Source of the DNA: Microbotryum violaceum
Taxonomy: Eukaryota
Length of the DNA stretch: 59,399 nucleotides
NCBI GenBank assembly: GCA_001244265.2
Contig: CDLV01000021.1
Location: forward strand, 124,001-183,399
Direction of reading: 5' to 3'
The notes under the pieces are model-generated. The model was given only the letters and a program-made list of their open reading frames with translations, did not search any database and was not told the origin of the DNA. Of the stretch, positions 25,760-38,690 are shown one piece after another. Within the stretch, counting starts at the first letter, position 1; each line of letters opens with the position of its first letter. The position numbers and the translations under genes were made by a program.

Positions 25760-27860
25760 CGACTACCTCGGCCCCCAGATGGCCAGTGCAAGGCTCGACA
25801 AGTGAAAGTGCGAGAGGTCGAAGTCGACCGGACACGTCAGCACACGCTGCTCGCAGGGTAAGGTGCAGCTACCTCCCTTTTTTCGGCCCGATCCCTAACA
25901 TCGATATCTACTTGAAGGCTCGGATAACGGTCAGTTGCTACGTCCAACAACATTCTTCTGCACTGTACCCACGTGCTGCCCATCTTCACTTCGCTAAAGC
26001 GTTCCGCGAGAGCGCTCGGTCGTACAACAACGCGCTGTCGTTGACTTCGCTCGCTGCTCACGTCGAACAGACACAACTGGGCACTTGAGAACTCCCTGTG
26101 TTTCGCGTGTGTGGTCGCCTCCATTATCGACTAGGCCCTGCCGTGAATCAACCCTAGGCCTCTGCTCAGACGTGGCTCATCGGCCCGGCCGAGGCCACCG
26201 ACACTCGACTTGGACCTGACGGCGTAGACAGTCGCAGACAAAAATTTACTTCGACCAAGCTCGAGTCCATATTGCATACCCGTGGGTGCCTCGGTCTCGG
26301 GCAGGTGGTAGGCAGAGGCGTGGCAGGACCCGCTCTTTGGCCGTATCCCAACCTGCGCGGGCTTTGACCCATGCGAACTGCGTCGCAGAGCGATTGCCGG
26401 TACGCAACATGGACTCGAGCTTGGTCAACGTAGATCTTTGTATGCGAGTCTCTGCGCTGTCGAGTCCAAGTCGTGTGATTGTGGCAGTCGGCGGGGTCGA
26501 TGATTCATGTCTGAGCAAAGGCTGGGCGTTGATTCACGGCAGGGATCAGGGCGCCGAGTCGATGGTAGAGGCGGCCGAACACGCGAAACACGGGAGGTCC
26601 TAGAGTGCCCACTTGGGTTTGGTCCCAGTGGGCAGCGAGCGAAGTAAAGGACAACGCGTTATTGTAAGACCGAGCATTCTCGCGGAATGCTTTAGCGTCT
26701 GTGTAGGTGCATCGCACAATTCAGCATGTGGGTCTACTGCAGACGAACGTTGTTGGACGGAGCATCTGACCGCTAACCGAGCCTTGAAGAAGCTGCCGAT
26801 ACTCGAGATTGGGCTGGGGAGGGGGAGGTAGCCGCACCTTGCCCTGCGAGCAGCATGTGCTGAAGTGTCCGGTCGACTTCGACCTCTCGCACTGCTAGTG
26901 TCGAGCCGCTTTGTGAGGGAGTTCGCTTTGACCAAAACCCGCGCAGGTTGGGGTTCAGCCAAAGAGTGGGTCCTGCGCCTCTGCCTACCACATGACCGAG
27001 ACCGACGCACCCACAAACTTCCTACGTCAAGCACGGTAATGGCGATGCTTATCTGCGATTCCCGACACCAAGACGGGAGATCGTGGACCGCAAGACCTTT
27101 ATTCTCCAGTTGCACGGTGATCGATGTCGAGACGATCGGCTCAAGTACCCAAGTCGTCAGCTCGCTCCATCCGTCCGCGATGGATCTCCGTTACCCCACT
27201 TCCATTCCCCGCAGAAGAAGCTGGCTTCATTCCTTACGCCCAACATTCCTCTTCGCGGGTTCAGCCAAGCCGAGCCTCTGATCGCCAGAAAATGAGAGCA
27301 GATCGACAGTAATGTCCAATTGCGCGAGGTACTTGCCGGTTCTGGTCTTGATGACGAAGACGAAGAGGAGGGCGAAGACCGCGACGATGAGGATGAAGAT
27401 GACGAGAAGGACGAAGAGAATGGTGATGGTGAAGGTAAGCGTTCTCGGCTCTCTCTCTCTCACGTGTTCCCATTCTGTTTGACGCGAGCACAGACTGACA
27501 TAGAATGTTTGAATAGCTATGACGAAGGTCAAGCAAAAACGGTCGAGGTGGATCGACCCGTCTGGTTCCCAATTCTTTGCGTACTACTCACATGATCGCG
27601 ACGACTAGTTCTCAATCCCGCATTGCACACGGATACTCCCAAGCTGAGACCGCTCGATTCAACTAGATCCGGTTGCATCAAGAAAAACCTGCGCCTCACT
27701 ACGGCCCCAAAGCATCATCGACTCTGATTGCCACGCGCTTGACCCCGGTGATTTTGGGCTTGACATTCAAGAATAGACCGCGCGGGATCAAGCAGCGTTA
27801 TCAGGACGCGATGGCGTGCCTTGTCAAACATTGCAAGCCTCCGCTGTTCATCACGGTGAG
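25760..27860. mobile_element. Helitron RepHel N-terminal fragments: a plus-strand copy with an inverted paralogous segment (about 26281-26893) inside it
   Basis: C.QGKV.LP, FRE.ARSYNNALSFTSL, GPPVFRVFGRLYHRLG and PRGIKQRYQDAMA......P.LFIT, all helitron_like_N-type motifs. Stops and frameshifts are present. Confidence 0.85.
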
Positions 27861-28149
27861 AGGTTTCGCTGGTTCGCTATCTTTCATTTATCTCAGCGCT
27901 CAGTTCGCTGTGACTGGTGTTCTCGCTTGCACGTCTGTAGAACGTTTATCCGTGCCTGTCTCTGTCGATCGCACCCCGACGCCTGCAATTATGACATCTG
28001 ACCTTCGTCTATTCTCACGGGGTATATCATAAGAGGGATGGTTACACTCGGATAACAATTGCAAATGCTGTACATTCCGAAAACTGCCAGAAGAAGAATC
28101 GTCCCTACGTAAAAAACACTGTTCATGACCACGTCCCCTCGCGATCGAT

Positions 28150-29694
28150 TCAGTGCTTTTTGAAGATGATCTCGAGACCCAGACTGAACGGCAATCCCTG
28201 ATCCGTGACGGTGACCAAACCCCCTTCAACACTTTCGAACAATTCACCCAACGTCTTGTCCAAATTCGGCCGCGTCATTTCCTCCAATTGCGGTGGTGCC
28301 TGAAAGTACAGCTTCTTGCTCCGCGTCGGCCGCGAGGTTCCGTGGTCGGCGCTCGAGGCGAGCTCGAGCGAGAGCGAAGGTTTCTTGATCTGCAACTCGC
28401 CCCTCTCGATCAAGACGTCGACCAATTGCTGCAGCGTGTCGTCGCGGCCGACGACGCCATCGAGGCGTATCGAACTGTCGCCGCAGACGGGGCAGTCGTC
28501 CTTCTTGTGGTGTTCGAACGTGTAGGTGTATACTTCGTCGTTGCCGGTGTAGAGCATGTAGTTGTTGAGGTACGGGTTGGACGATGACGCGATTTTGAAG
28601 ACCTCGTTGCAGCACGCCGCGGCGACGATCGCGTTCGTCGACGCGATAGCGGGAATGATGCGCTTGACGACGCCCTGCGTCAGGGACCAGGTCACGCCTT
28701 CGATCGAGTGGTGCTGCGCTCGCTCGAGCGCGGTCGTGTAGAGCCACTGGATGTGTTCGGGGTTATCGGTGTCCATCTTTTTGTCTGTGTTCGATGCGAA
28801 GCATCCTCGTCGGGTCAGAAAAGAGGGAGGCAATGGGGACCGACCACCCCCCCATCGAATTATTCGGAGAGCGAACGAACCTTTGAAAACTTTGGGCCAT
28901 TCCAACAAGGACGCCCACTCGATGCAGTGTTCGGGTAACCTGGGCGTGTTGGCAATGGTGCAGATCGGGAATGCGGTCGGCGGGGTCAACATGTCCAACG
29001 AGCACTCGTAACAACTCGTCACGGTCGGGAGGATGACCCTCGCCTGACCTTTGAACCCCTCCGTACCGCCGTCGACGAGTGGTTTCAACGATTCGGGCAC
29101 TTCGGGGTCAACGAGGTTGACGAGCGTCGCCGAGATCCACCTGCGCGCCTGGACCGAATCGAGCCCGCATACGACGATGTTGAAGCTCATGTAGTAGGCG
29201 TCGTGCTTGTCCTGAATCTTGCCGTGGTAAGGGGTGACCGTAACGCCGGGCACGCGGTGCATGATGAAGCGCGCGGCGCACTCGGCCTTGGACTGGCCAA
29301 CGTCCGAAGGTCGGAACAGGAACTGGCGGTTGAGATTGGAGACGTCGATCGTGTCCATGTCGATAACGTGCAGGTCCGTGAAGCCGAGTAGGGCGAGGTT
29401 GGCGAGAATCTCGCAGCCTAGACCACCGGCGCCTTTTAGGATGGAGACGAGAGCGTGTGATTTGTAATGGTCAACCTTCAATCTCCATCGTACGCCTTAA
29501 AAACGAGCGGAGGGCTTACCAATGACGAGAATCTTGGCCTCGGTGTGCAGGAAGCTCTTGTCCAAGGTGGTCGGTCGGAACGAGTCCTCGTCGACGAACG
29601 GGCCTCGACGGGTCAGAATCCGGTCGAGGTGTTGCCAGCGGTTCGGGATCGAAGCGGGCGACGAGGTCGAAGTGGAGGGCGTAGCTTGGACCAT
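28150..29694 (-). CDS. UBA3: NEDD8-activating enzyme E1 catalytic subunit
   Basis: KILVIG|AGGLGCEIL, DMDTIDVSNLNRQFLFR, DGGTEGFKGQARVILP, catalytic PICTIANTPRLPEHCIEWA, C-terminal LYFQAPPQLEEMTRPNL. Confidence 0.95.
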
Positions 29695-29807
29695 CGTAGG
29701 AGGAGTGTGGGCAAGCGAGAGGTGCGAGTTGGGAGGTGCGAGCGAGGAGGGAAGCTGCCGAGAGTGGGGGTGGAACGGGCAGAATGCGGCATTACAAAAG
29801 ATTACAA

Positions 29808-29866
29808 GACCAGCTTCGACCAGCTTCGACCAGCTTAGACCAGCTTAGACCAGCTTAGACCAGCTT
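29808..29866. repeat. Tandem 10-mer GACCAGCTT(C/A) x6 in the UBA3/THOC5-like divergent intergenic region
   Basis: Read directly from the sequence. Confidence 0.95.
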
Positions 29867-29989
29867 GCACCCCACACCACACGCGCCTTCAGTTCTCACC
29901 TCGCACGCCGCTCCTCACTTGGCACACCCAAACACAAACACTCGGGTACACCGACATTCACCCGTTTGGTCAACACCACATCTAGCGCA

Positions 29990-31180
29990 ATGACCTACAC
30001 GGCGACGCTCGACAGCTACCTGCCGCCGTTCCAAGACCTGCTCGCGGCTCTGCAACAGCTCTCGTCCCAACTCGTCGCCGCTCGACTCGACTCGTCCTCC
30101 TCCTCCAACACGACCGCGACCGACGATGGCTCGACGCTCAACATCGGACTGACGACACGAGAGGCCGGACCGCTCTTTGCGGCGTTGCATGCATGGAACA
30201 GGAAAGGGCTCGGCGAGATAGCTGCGCTGAGGGACGAGACGATGGATGCGAGGATCAAGATGGAGGAGGCCTACTTGAGGTTGCAGGTAGGCTGTCACCC
30301 GTCAAGGCTGCGCAACGAAGTCGAGGTCGATCACTGATCACACCTTTGGTCATCACAGAACCTCATGTTTGAAAAGGATCATTTGCAGAGAGAGATTCTC
30401 GCGTGCCAACTCTACGAGTACGTTTCCAGCTCGGATGGCTGGCTGTTTGTTCTCCCCCTCACTCAATTGACTCGGATACGGTTCCCAGATCCGAGTATCA
30501 GCACCTTCCCTTGATTCCCGAGGACGAATTCCTCGCTCTCGCGCAATCGCCGCAACAGCAACCGGAAGAAGTGGTCCAACTGCTCCAAGAATGGACTCGA
30601 AAGAACCCGTCCCACTCCGACCCGAGCACGGCCCTCAAAGCAGCTCTGATCGATGATCCCCATCAACTCATGCTCACTCGACTCCAAAACGAACACAACG
30701 AACGCAAGAGGTGAGTTTCCACTTGACGGCTCGTAACCAGGTCCCTGGCGCGGTAAGCAGAGCATGCTGACCTGACGTACGCCCTCTCTCTACCAGATTG
30801 GATCGGGACAAGAAGGAACTCTCGGCAGTAAAAGCGGCTTTGGTCAAGGAGAACGAGAGGAAAAAGGCGAGGTTGGACCAGTTGGAGCAACGTCTAGAGT
30901 TGTTCGTCAAGGTGAGTTCAGAGCGACGAAACGGACTACCCTCCTTAAAGGCGAAGCTGACTGCCCCGCCCCGGGAACTCTTTCACAGTCGGCCAAGACG
31001 ATTCAAACGACGATGCACGGCGACGAATCCATGGCCGTCGTATCATCCAACAAGCTTGGTCAGGACGAGACCTCCGCCTCCACGGGGACAAGAGACGACG
31101 GAGAGCCGACGTCGAAAGGTGCCGAACAGGATGACCCGACGACGGTGGTCGAGGAAGGGATGGTCGTCGACGAGCCCTGA
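29990..31180 (+). CDS. THO complex subunit 5 / Fms-interacting protein-like, multi-exon
   Basis: LHAWNR......T..AR..ME..YL.LQ|NLMFEKDHLQREI..C..YE|S.YQ.L.LI..DEF and HQLMLTRLQNE..ERKR match the THOC5 N-terminal pattern. Confidence 0.8.
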
Positions 31181-31654
31181 TGGTGGGTATGATCGGAGAA
31201 GGCATTGCGATGCTGTGTGCATGATTGGAATTTTGGAATGTTGTAATCGTACCTATAAGAGATGCACACCGCTCACTGGGGATCTCGGGTTTTCCCGAGC
31301 GCCTCGGTTATTGTCGAAGACACAGTCGCTCGACAAATAGCCGAGATATGATGTGAGCCCTTTGATGTAGATAATGTAGACAAAGTTCTCCTAAGTGCAC
31401 CCCTTTTCGCCTTCCAAGGCCGCGTTGGAGCGTTCCAATTCACCGCCCCTTTGAGCCTAATTTTCTGGAACTCGACACAGCCAGGCACGGCAGCTTTCAG
31501 CCCGACCGCACCCGCGCGAGCGGTGCTCGTTTAAATGTTCTGTTTCGGATTCCGGCACGGCATCAAACTCGATCCGGCTCGAGCACTCTCTTCTCCTTCC
31601 TCGTCTCGTCCTTCTCCAACAACTTTGCGTGCCTTCGCGTGTTGGGATCCCGGT

Positions 31655-33474
31655 ATGGCTTCTTCGTCAGCGGACATCAAACTCAATCCTTTCGGTCAGT
31701 CCCTGCCGCGACACCACACCCATTCCCCCTTTCAGCAACTTCTTGAAGCTTATTCATTTCGGTCTCACCTTTTGATCTTGCCTGTTCGGTCGTAACGGAC
31801 TTTGACAATTCCCCTCGCGATTCCACCCTGGCTTTGCATCCACAGAGGGTGAGCACTATTTTGATGCGGTGAATCGAGGCTGGGAGCAGCTAACGAACTC
31901 GACCGTTTGCTACAGGCTTCATCTCGGGTGCCTTGGCAGCATGTACAGCCGTGACCGGTGAGTATTTTGTGTGGGGTAGGGAGGAGGCGCGAGACGAGCA
32001 TCTTCACAGATGGCCCCCTACATACCTCGTCATCTCGGGGCATTCGGGACTTTTACTAACTCAACAACTCTACTTTCTCACAGTCACCAACCCGGCCGAA
32101 GTGATGAAGACGCGGCTGCAACTCGACGGCGAGTTGGGCGGCAAGGCCTCCGCACTCGGCGCCGTTTCGGCAAGCTCGACCCAAGCAGGGTCCACTACCA
32201 AAGCGGGCATACCCGACCTGAAAGCATTACCGCAGGACGTTCTCAATCCTTCGGGACCCAAGCCGGCCAAGCCGGCCAAGGTTTACTCGGGTCCGATCGA
32301 CGCGTTTCAAAAGACGTGGAAGTACGAAGGCATTCGGGGCGTGCAGAGGGGGTTAGGAGCGGCGGTGAGTAGGGGCTTGTGTGGTTGCAAGTTTAAAGAG
32401 ATGTACTGATTTTCTCCATCACTCTACCAGTATACTTATCAAATTGCGCTGAACGGGTCGAGGCTCGGTTTTTACGAGCCGATACGAACGAGCATCAACT
32501 CGGTCGTCGGGTACCGGCCCGACCAGGTTGTGACATGGACAAGTTTGATGTCCGGTGCGAGTTCGGGGGTGATTGGGGGTGAGTCAAATCCCAAGTCGGT
32601 AGGCCGAATGAACCTACGAAGTGTGTACTGATCTTCGAGCTGGTTTGGCTCCATTTCCCCGCAGCCATCTTTGGTAACCCCCTCTTTCTCGTCAAGGCGC
32701 GCATGCAAGCCTACTCTGCTTTCAACCCCGTCGGAGCCCAACACCACTATCTCTCGGTAGCGTACGCATTTCGCAAGATCATCCGCGACGAAGGACCGAA
32801 AGGACTCGTGCGAGGCATGGATGCGGCAATGCTGCGAACGGCGATGGGCTCGAGTGTGCAATTGCCGGCCTATAATTTCGCCAAGGTCAATTTGGCCGAA
32901 CATGGCGTCAAGGACGGGTGGTTGATGTATCTCCTTGCAAGCACGTTCAGTGGGAGTTGTGTCTGTGCAGTCATGCAACCCGCTGGTCAGTCCAAGGAAC
33001 GGGCGGTGCCTTTTTAGGGGCTCGACCAAAGTCGTTAATCTTGAATCGCTCCGTTGTCTAGACACGGCCCTGACACGGATGTACAACCAATCGCCCAACT
33101 CGCTGGGACCGGACGGAAAGCCACGAGGGTTGCTATGTGCGTGTCCCCAGATTTTTGGCTTTCCACACCACTGAGATTCGTCTGACCCATTATCTTGCTT
33201 GCCACTTTCTCCCTTCCACAGACAAGAACCCAATTGATTGCCTGTTCAAGACCTGGAAAGCGGAGGGGATTCGCGGCTTGTACAAGGGGACCACAGCACA
33301 TCTGATGAGGGTCGCACCCCACACGTATGTCCTCCACTGTCGACGTTTCATTACCACGCGGGACCTTCACTGACTCGTGTTCTCCTCACTCCTCATCAGT
33401 ATTGTCACCTTGGTCGCGAACGAACAATTCTCGAGGCGGTGGATCGCGTACAAAAAGTCGAGCATCATCGCTAG
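31655..33474 (+). CDS. OAC1: Mitochondrial oxaloacetate/sulfate carrier, many short exons
   Basis: GALAACTAVT|VTNPAEVMKTRLQLDGEL, YQIALNGSRLGFYEP, NPLFLVKARMQAYS....VGAQHHY, RTAMGSSVQLPAY, MQPA|DTALTRMYNQ. Confidence 0.92.
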
Positions 33475-34907
33475 GGATTAAACTGCAAATGAAGCTTTCT
33501 TCCATCTTCGTTCTCGGGGTTCCCAATTGCTCAGGGGCGATAATGATCAAGTGGGGGTTCACCTTCCATCAATTGTGATATTCTCTCGTTTTTCAAACGT
33601 AATTGCATCGTTTTTTACATTCATTCGCTTAATCCTTGTAAATCCTAGACTGGAGTAAAGTGACATCTCACAAACCCGGTGTGGTGCTCCTCGCACGAGT
33701 TGATATCAAAAGCCCGCGGTGATAAAGCGCGATACGGCCACACCCCTGGCGGGCGCGCGTTCGGGTTATCAATTCGCCGGCGAGGAATGACGATCACAAC
33801 TGAGCCTCGGGCCTTCATGTTCCGATATGAACCCCCGATCGATCATGATCATGATGTTCGGGGTTTCCGACGCAACCCGGGCTGCGAATCGTCTTATTTT
33901 GGCCAATGATTGAGACAATTTCTAGGCTGTACGACGTCAACACATCGCGATCACTCTCGGCTGGAGACAAACAATTCTTAGTTCACTCGTCACACGCACA
34001 ATTAGCACTCCGACCTACGACCGAGAATCAGTACGATTAGCATATTGCCGCAGCGGACCCCACGGCGCGGCTCAAACCGCATCCCCAGGGTATTCGTGAC
34101 TTCTTTGGCCGGCTCTGATCAGTAACATGGTTCCTCCGAAGGACAATCGAGGTCGAGGAGCTCGATGAGCATGGTCCTATGATGCCGGTGAAGCAGAATA
34201 AAAGTCGGACGTACGGTTGGCTGAAACAAAGCAAATATACTGTGGACCTGGTCGGTCTTTACACGGTTCGTCATGGGCAATGGTCGGCTCAGTTCCACTC
34301 TTCTCTTCCCGACAGTGTGTCTTCCGCATCGGCGCTTCAGCTGCGACATGTAGCTCGACTTTGACGTCTGGCGCGACCTCGTCACGAGCGTCGCCAGAAC
34401 GATCTCTGAAGAAAGTGAAGTTATTCCAATACAGGAGACCTGGAAAATAGGAACACGGGACATACATCTTAGGGAGTTGTGCGCAGAGCAAGTGCGATTT
34501 TAACTCTTCTCGTTTCGGACGAAACCGCTCTGGACAGGGGGTGAAAGTTTTATCCGTGCGGGCTGCGAGATGCGAGATGCGGCGCCGCCTTCTGCAGCGA
34601 TTCAACTTGGAGAAAACGAAGACTGGAAAACTGGTCCAAAAAAATTGCACCAGTCCTTGTGCAAAAGTTGGGGCTTCCGTTCGCGATCCTGCCTAGCGTA
34701 CGGTGCTCATACGGGTTTGTGGGTTGAGAATCCGGGACTGCCACTGATCAGCAAACCGGGCACGCGCGAGACCCTCGCTTAAGGATTCGCAGGGGGGTTA
34801 ACGGCGTCGTCCCGCTTAATGCTAAGCTCAACTAAGCCCTCCATCTGGAGGGGCGTCGAGCTTAGCTTAATGCGAGCTTTCGCAGCGGCTTAACGGCTTC
34901 CTCCCGA

Positions 34908-34991
34908 TTAATGCGGCCCCGCCCTGCTTAATGCGACCCCGCCGCGCTTAATGCGGCCCCGCCCTGCTTAATGCGGCTCCGCCACACTTAA
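34908..34991. repeat. 20-bp tandem repeat TTAATGCGGCCCCGCCCTGC x4 (subterminal)
   Basis: Read directly from the sequence. Confidence 0.9.
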
Positions 34992-35105
34992 GAGAGCTCC
35001 TCTTGTGCTTAATGACACCCTTCAAGTCAGATCAGCCTACCTTAGGGTTTCAATTATCTGACTTGAATTTTGTGAAACATCTTATATTCCAAAACTATGC
35101 ATTCA

Positions 35106-35624
35106 TTACCGGTGGCCGCTGCACCGCGGGCCGCAACGTGCCCTGCAAGTCTTCGACAATCGAAACTCGAAAATCGCGCCAAGTCCAAAGCTGTGCGACC
35201 CGCACAATTCTCCATCGGGCCGGCGAGCCCAGTTTGCAAGCGAATGTCGGTCTACTCTAATCTTTCTCTTCTGACGGTACTCCCATTCCGGTGGATCGTC
35301 GTGGGCACGATCGTCGTCGGAGTCAGCTGAACTGTCGCTTGAGGGGTCGTCTTCGCTGTCGCCGCCGCTGGAATCGGAGCTGTCCGGATCGATGCCACGG
35401 TTTCTGAGTCTCGACTGTCGCCTACGGAGTCGGTGAACATACGCTTGACGAGCCCGTTGTTGTGCGAGAAAGTGCAGATGATGTCGTTCAGCAGCCGATG
35501 ACGTTAACAGGCTGCCAGTAGGTGGTCGGCCTCGATAGTAGTGAGTGCTCCTGTGCTTTTCGAGACCGCGAACATGGTTGAATACCCGATTACAGCCTGC
35601 AAAGCTGCCTCTGAATAGGGCCAT
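35106..35624 (-). pseudogene. Degenerate C2H2 zinc-finger / acidic low-complexity ORF inside the transposon relic
   Basis: F.(G)SFAGCNRVFNHVRGLEKHRSTH is a C2H2-like finger lacking its first Cys. Confidence 0.4.
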
Positions 35625-37107
35625 ACCATATGGCGACCTCTTCGAGGTGGTGAAGCCCAAAGATGAGGCCACGTGCCTGTACGTCGGAGCGGGTGGAGAG
35701 CGGGAGGTTGAGGGACGCACGTCGACGGACACCTGAGACCAAGCCAAAAAGCACGCGCGATTCGACAAGCGTAACTCGAAAATCGCCAAGTCCAAAGCTC
35801 ACCCGCGCCACGTGGGACAAAATAACAGATCGGCAGGTCCGTTAACCCAGCCAAATGAGCTCCCTCGCGCGGGCGAGTTAAGGTAGCTTTTTTGTTTTTT
35901 GGCCCGGTTATAGGTTGGTACAAGTCGGGTGCACCAATGCCCTCCCCACCCCATCTCACCCCGGCGCAGTGCACCTCAAATGGTCATAAGTAATAAGGGG
36001 CTACTAGTTCGTGTAAGACTGACCATCATCACGAATAACACTTTCCGAAGACTCCGTCGTAAGTTCGAATTATGTCATAAATGTCATACAGCTTGTCGTA
36101 CTCAGTCCATTCAATTCGTGTAGTTCCGTATACCATCAATTGATATGTGCACGACAGATCCTGTGTAGACCTTTTATCATATTCGACGGAGGGAGTACAC
36201 ACCGTGTCTCTTGGGCCCGAGGGAGAGATCGGTCCCGGTCCCTGGAATCCTGGATCGGTCCTCGAGCAGACAAACGCTTATTCTGAACGGTGTGCACCTT
36301 TTTATATAAAATGGATATCTAGTGAAGCCCCTTCGGACGATCGACTTGGGTCCAGCGCCAATCAGTCGTGCATCAATGCCTAGAGAGTAATTGAAGAGGC
36401 AAAATTGAGGCGGGGCTGTGCGGGCCGCACGCGGAGCTCAGATTGGCGAGCGCTCTGCGTTAACACTTTGACCTCTGCACACTCACGTCAACGCGACAAC
36501 GCGCATTCTTGACCCACGCCACGCCCCGCATCTCAATATGTTGAAACCTCCCCGCGCCTGTTGAACAAACATCGATGCTATTGCCGTCTGGAGGTATGTG
36601 GACGCGTTTCCCCGCCTCACATCTCCCTCCTCATGGGCCTAATTGTGTTGCTCCACCATGACGCGACCGTCAGACATACGCGTGGGATCTAGGGAAGGTT
36701 CTCCAGCAGAATCTATTTCCTTTGGCGCTCATCCGAGTGAGTGCTCTTGTCTGGTGTGCCAACTGAGATCCCTTGTAGCAGGGCTGAGAGCAGAGTGCCA
36801 GTCATCAACCTCATCCTTCTATCTACTCAATCCTGACGGACAGCTGAAGAATTCTCAGTTCTCTCACACCTCTTGCAGGTCGGAGGGACGATCAAAGCCG
36901 TCGAGCCTCCTCACAAGCCAGTACAATTCTGGATGAACCGTCTCGACGCCCGACTCGGAAGAGAAAGCGGCGCATGCCCGTGCCCCAAACCCCTTCGTCC
37001 GACTCCGACTCTGACGAGCCCAATTTGGGCGATTCCAGTCAATCCTCGGCTGACGACAGTGACAGTGAAAGTGACAGTCACAGTCACAGTGAGAGCGAGT
37101 TTGAAGA

Positions 37108-38690
37108 TGTCGCGATCGACCATCGAAGAGCTATCAGGCTCTGGACGGCCATACATGGCTCGCATCGGAACGCGACCGGTCGTATGAGTTAAAGAAAGTG
37201 GACCTCGCTGAAGCGCTGGGCCGCTCGAAGATATTACTCGGAGCTCAAGATGGCCGCGAAACTCGGCATATCTCATGCAAGGCTCGTTCAGGCCGTCAAA
37301 AAATTCGACAGGCTCGCTTCGAAGGGCTATGCGTGGTCTAGATTTCTCTCGGACCCTGTAATCAAGGTTTTACACCAGCGAGCAAGCAAGGGTGAGTCGG
37401 TCCTCCGGGCGCTTCCGGTCATGCCCACTCCACTCTCCTACGCTCTCGCTTATGCTTACCGCTGCGCCCGCAATGTCTGTTCTTACATACCCTGGGTGTG
37501 TCAAACGTGCTCAGAATCGGATCAGTCGAAATCGCAATCCATCACCAAACTTGCCGCTCACCTCTGGAACTTCCTGAGAGACCAGGGGGACCTCGCATCT
37601 GCCCAACTTGGCGAGGACGATGAAGAGCTTGTTCGCGCGGCTTTTGCAGCGGCAGAGGCCGGAGGTAATACGACTTTCACTTCGATAGTACCACCCACCA
37701 TCATCACACGGTCGCCATCCGACATTTCTTCCCCAACTCGGATGGAGCAATGCAAAAAGTACATTGCAGAGTTGCGAGACCTGGCGCAACGCATGTCCAA
37801 GCTGTACGGAGTGGAAACCCTGGCCTTTATTGTCCCTCGTTATCAAGACGACGTGTCGCCAGCGACGAAGGCGACCGTGCATTCGATAGGTGGGCTCAGA
37901 TTTGCAGCTCACTGCAACGACTTCAAGGATCCATCCGGCAATTCCTTGTTGTCTAATTTTGCTTCCAAGATGAGCTGGGATGAGACACTCAAGGCCAATG
38001 AAGCGGCAGATCTGAAAGAGGGTGAGCCTTTCATCTCAAGTTATACGCGCATGAGACCAAGTTACCGTTACCAATTATGTGACATATGTTTTCGTCTCAT
38101 CTATCAGCAAGAACTCGCTCGATGGACAGTGCTACTCGTGGCGTTCTTGGCAAATGACACGGCACTCTGTTCCGCGCCCAACTCAGTAAGTAGTCTGCAT
38201 CTGATCGGGCTCGACTCCGTGCTAATCATTTCCGTCTTTACAGACTCTGCCCTCGAGACTATACATCGCCGTTCCGACACGGGATCATCGACAGGCGCTT
38301 TCACACCTCAGAAGAAGATGATATGGTCTACCCAGGGCTTGAAGGCACTGGGTGTCAAATTGCGGATCAAGCCCTGAACGAAGAGTAGATACGAAATGGC
38401 TCTGCATCATAGTGCAGAGACATCGCCCAAGTAAACCGTTGCTCAGCTCAAGGCTATCATTGACGACCTCCGTCACGGCCGCCTCGCTATCGTACCCTCG
38501 GCGGACCCGAACGACAACACGGAGGCAGAGGCAAGCGACAATGACTTGAATGGCGGAGAAGGACCCCTGAGCCCAAGATTTGGTGGAGCCGGGGACGAAG
38601 GCGGAGAGGTACGTGGCGGAGAAAAAAGCGGAGAAAAAGATAGAGAAAAAAATAGCGGGGGGGTAGCGGAGGAGACCGGAGGATGAATGA
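37108..38690 (+). pseudogene. Multi-exon hypothetical transposon accessory gene (relic)
   Basis: 375-aa open frame with embedded intron-like segments (GTGAGT at 37392 and 38022-like). No family recognised. Confidence 0.35.

Noticed and set aside
33829-33867. Short palindrome ATCATGATCATGAT with an imperfect flanking stem
   Set aside because: It can be explained by a 6-bp microduplication, and there is no supporting context.
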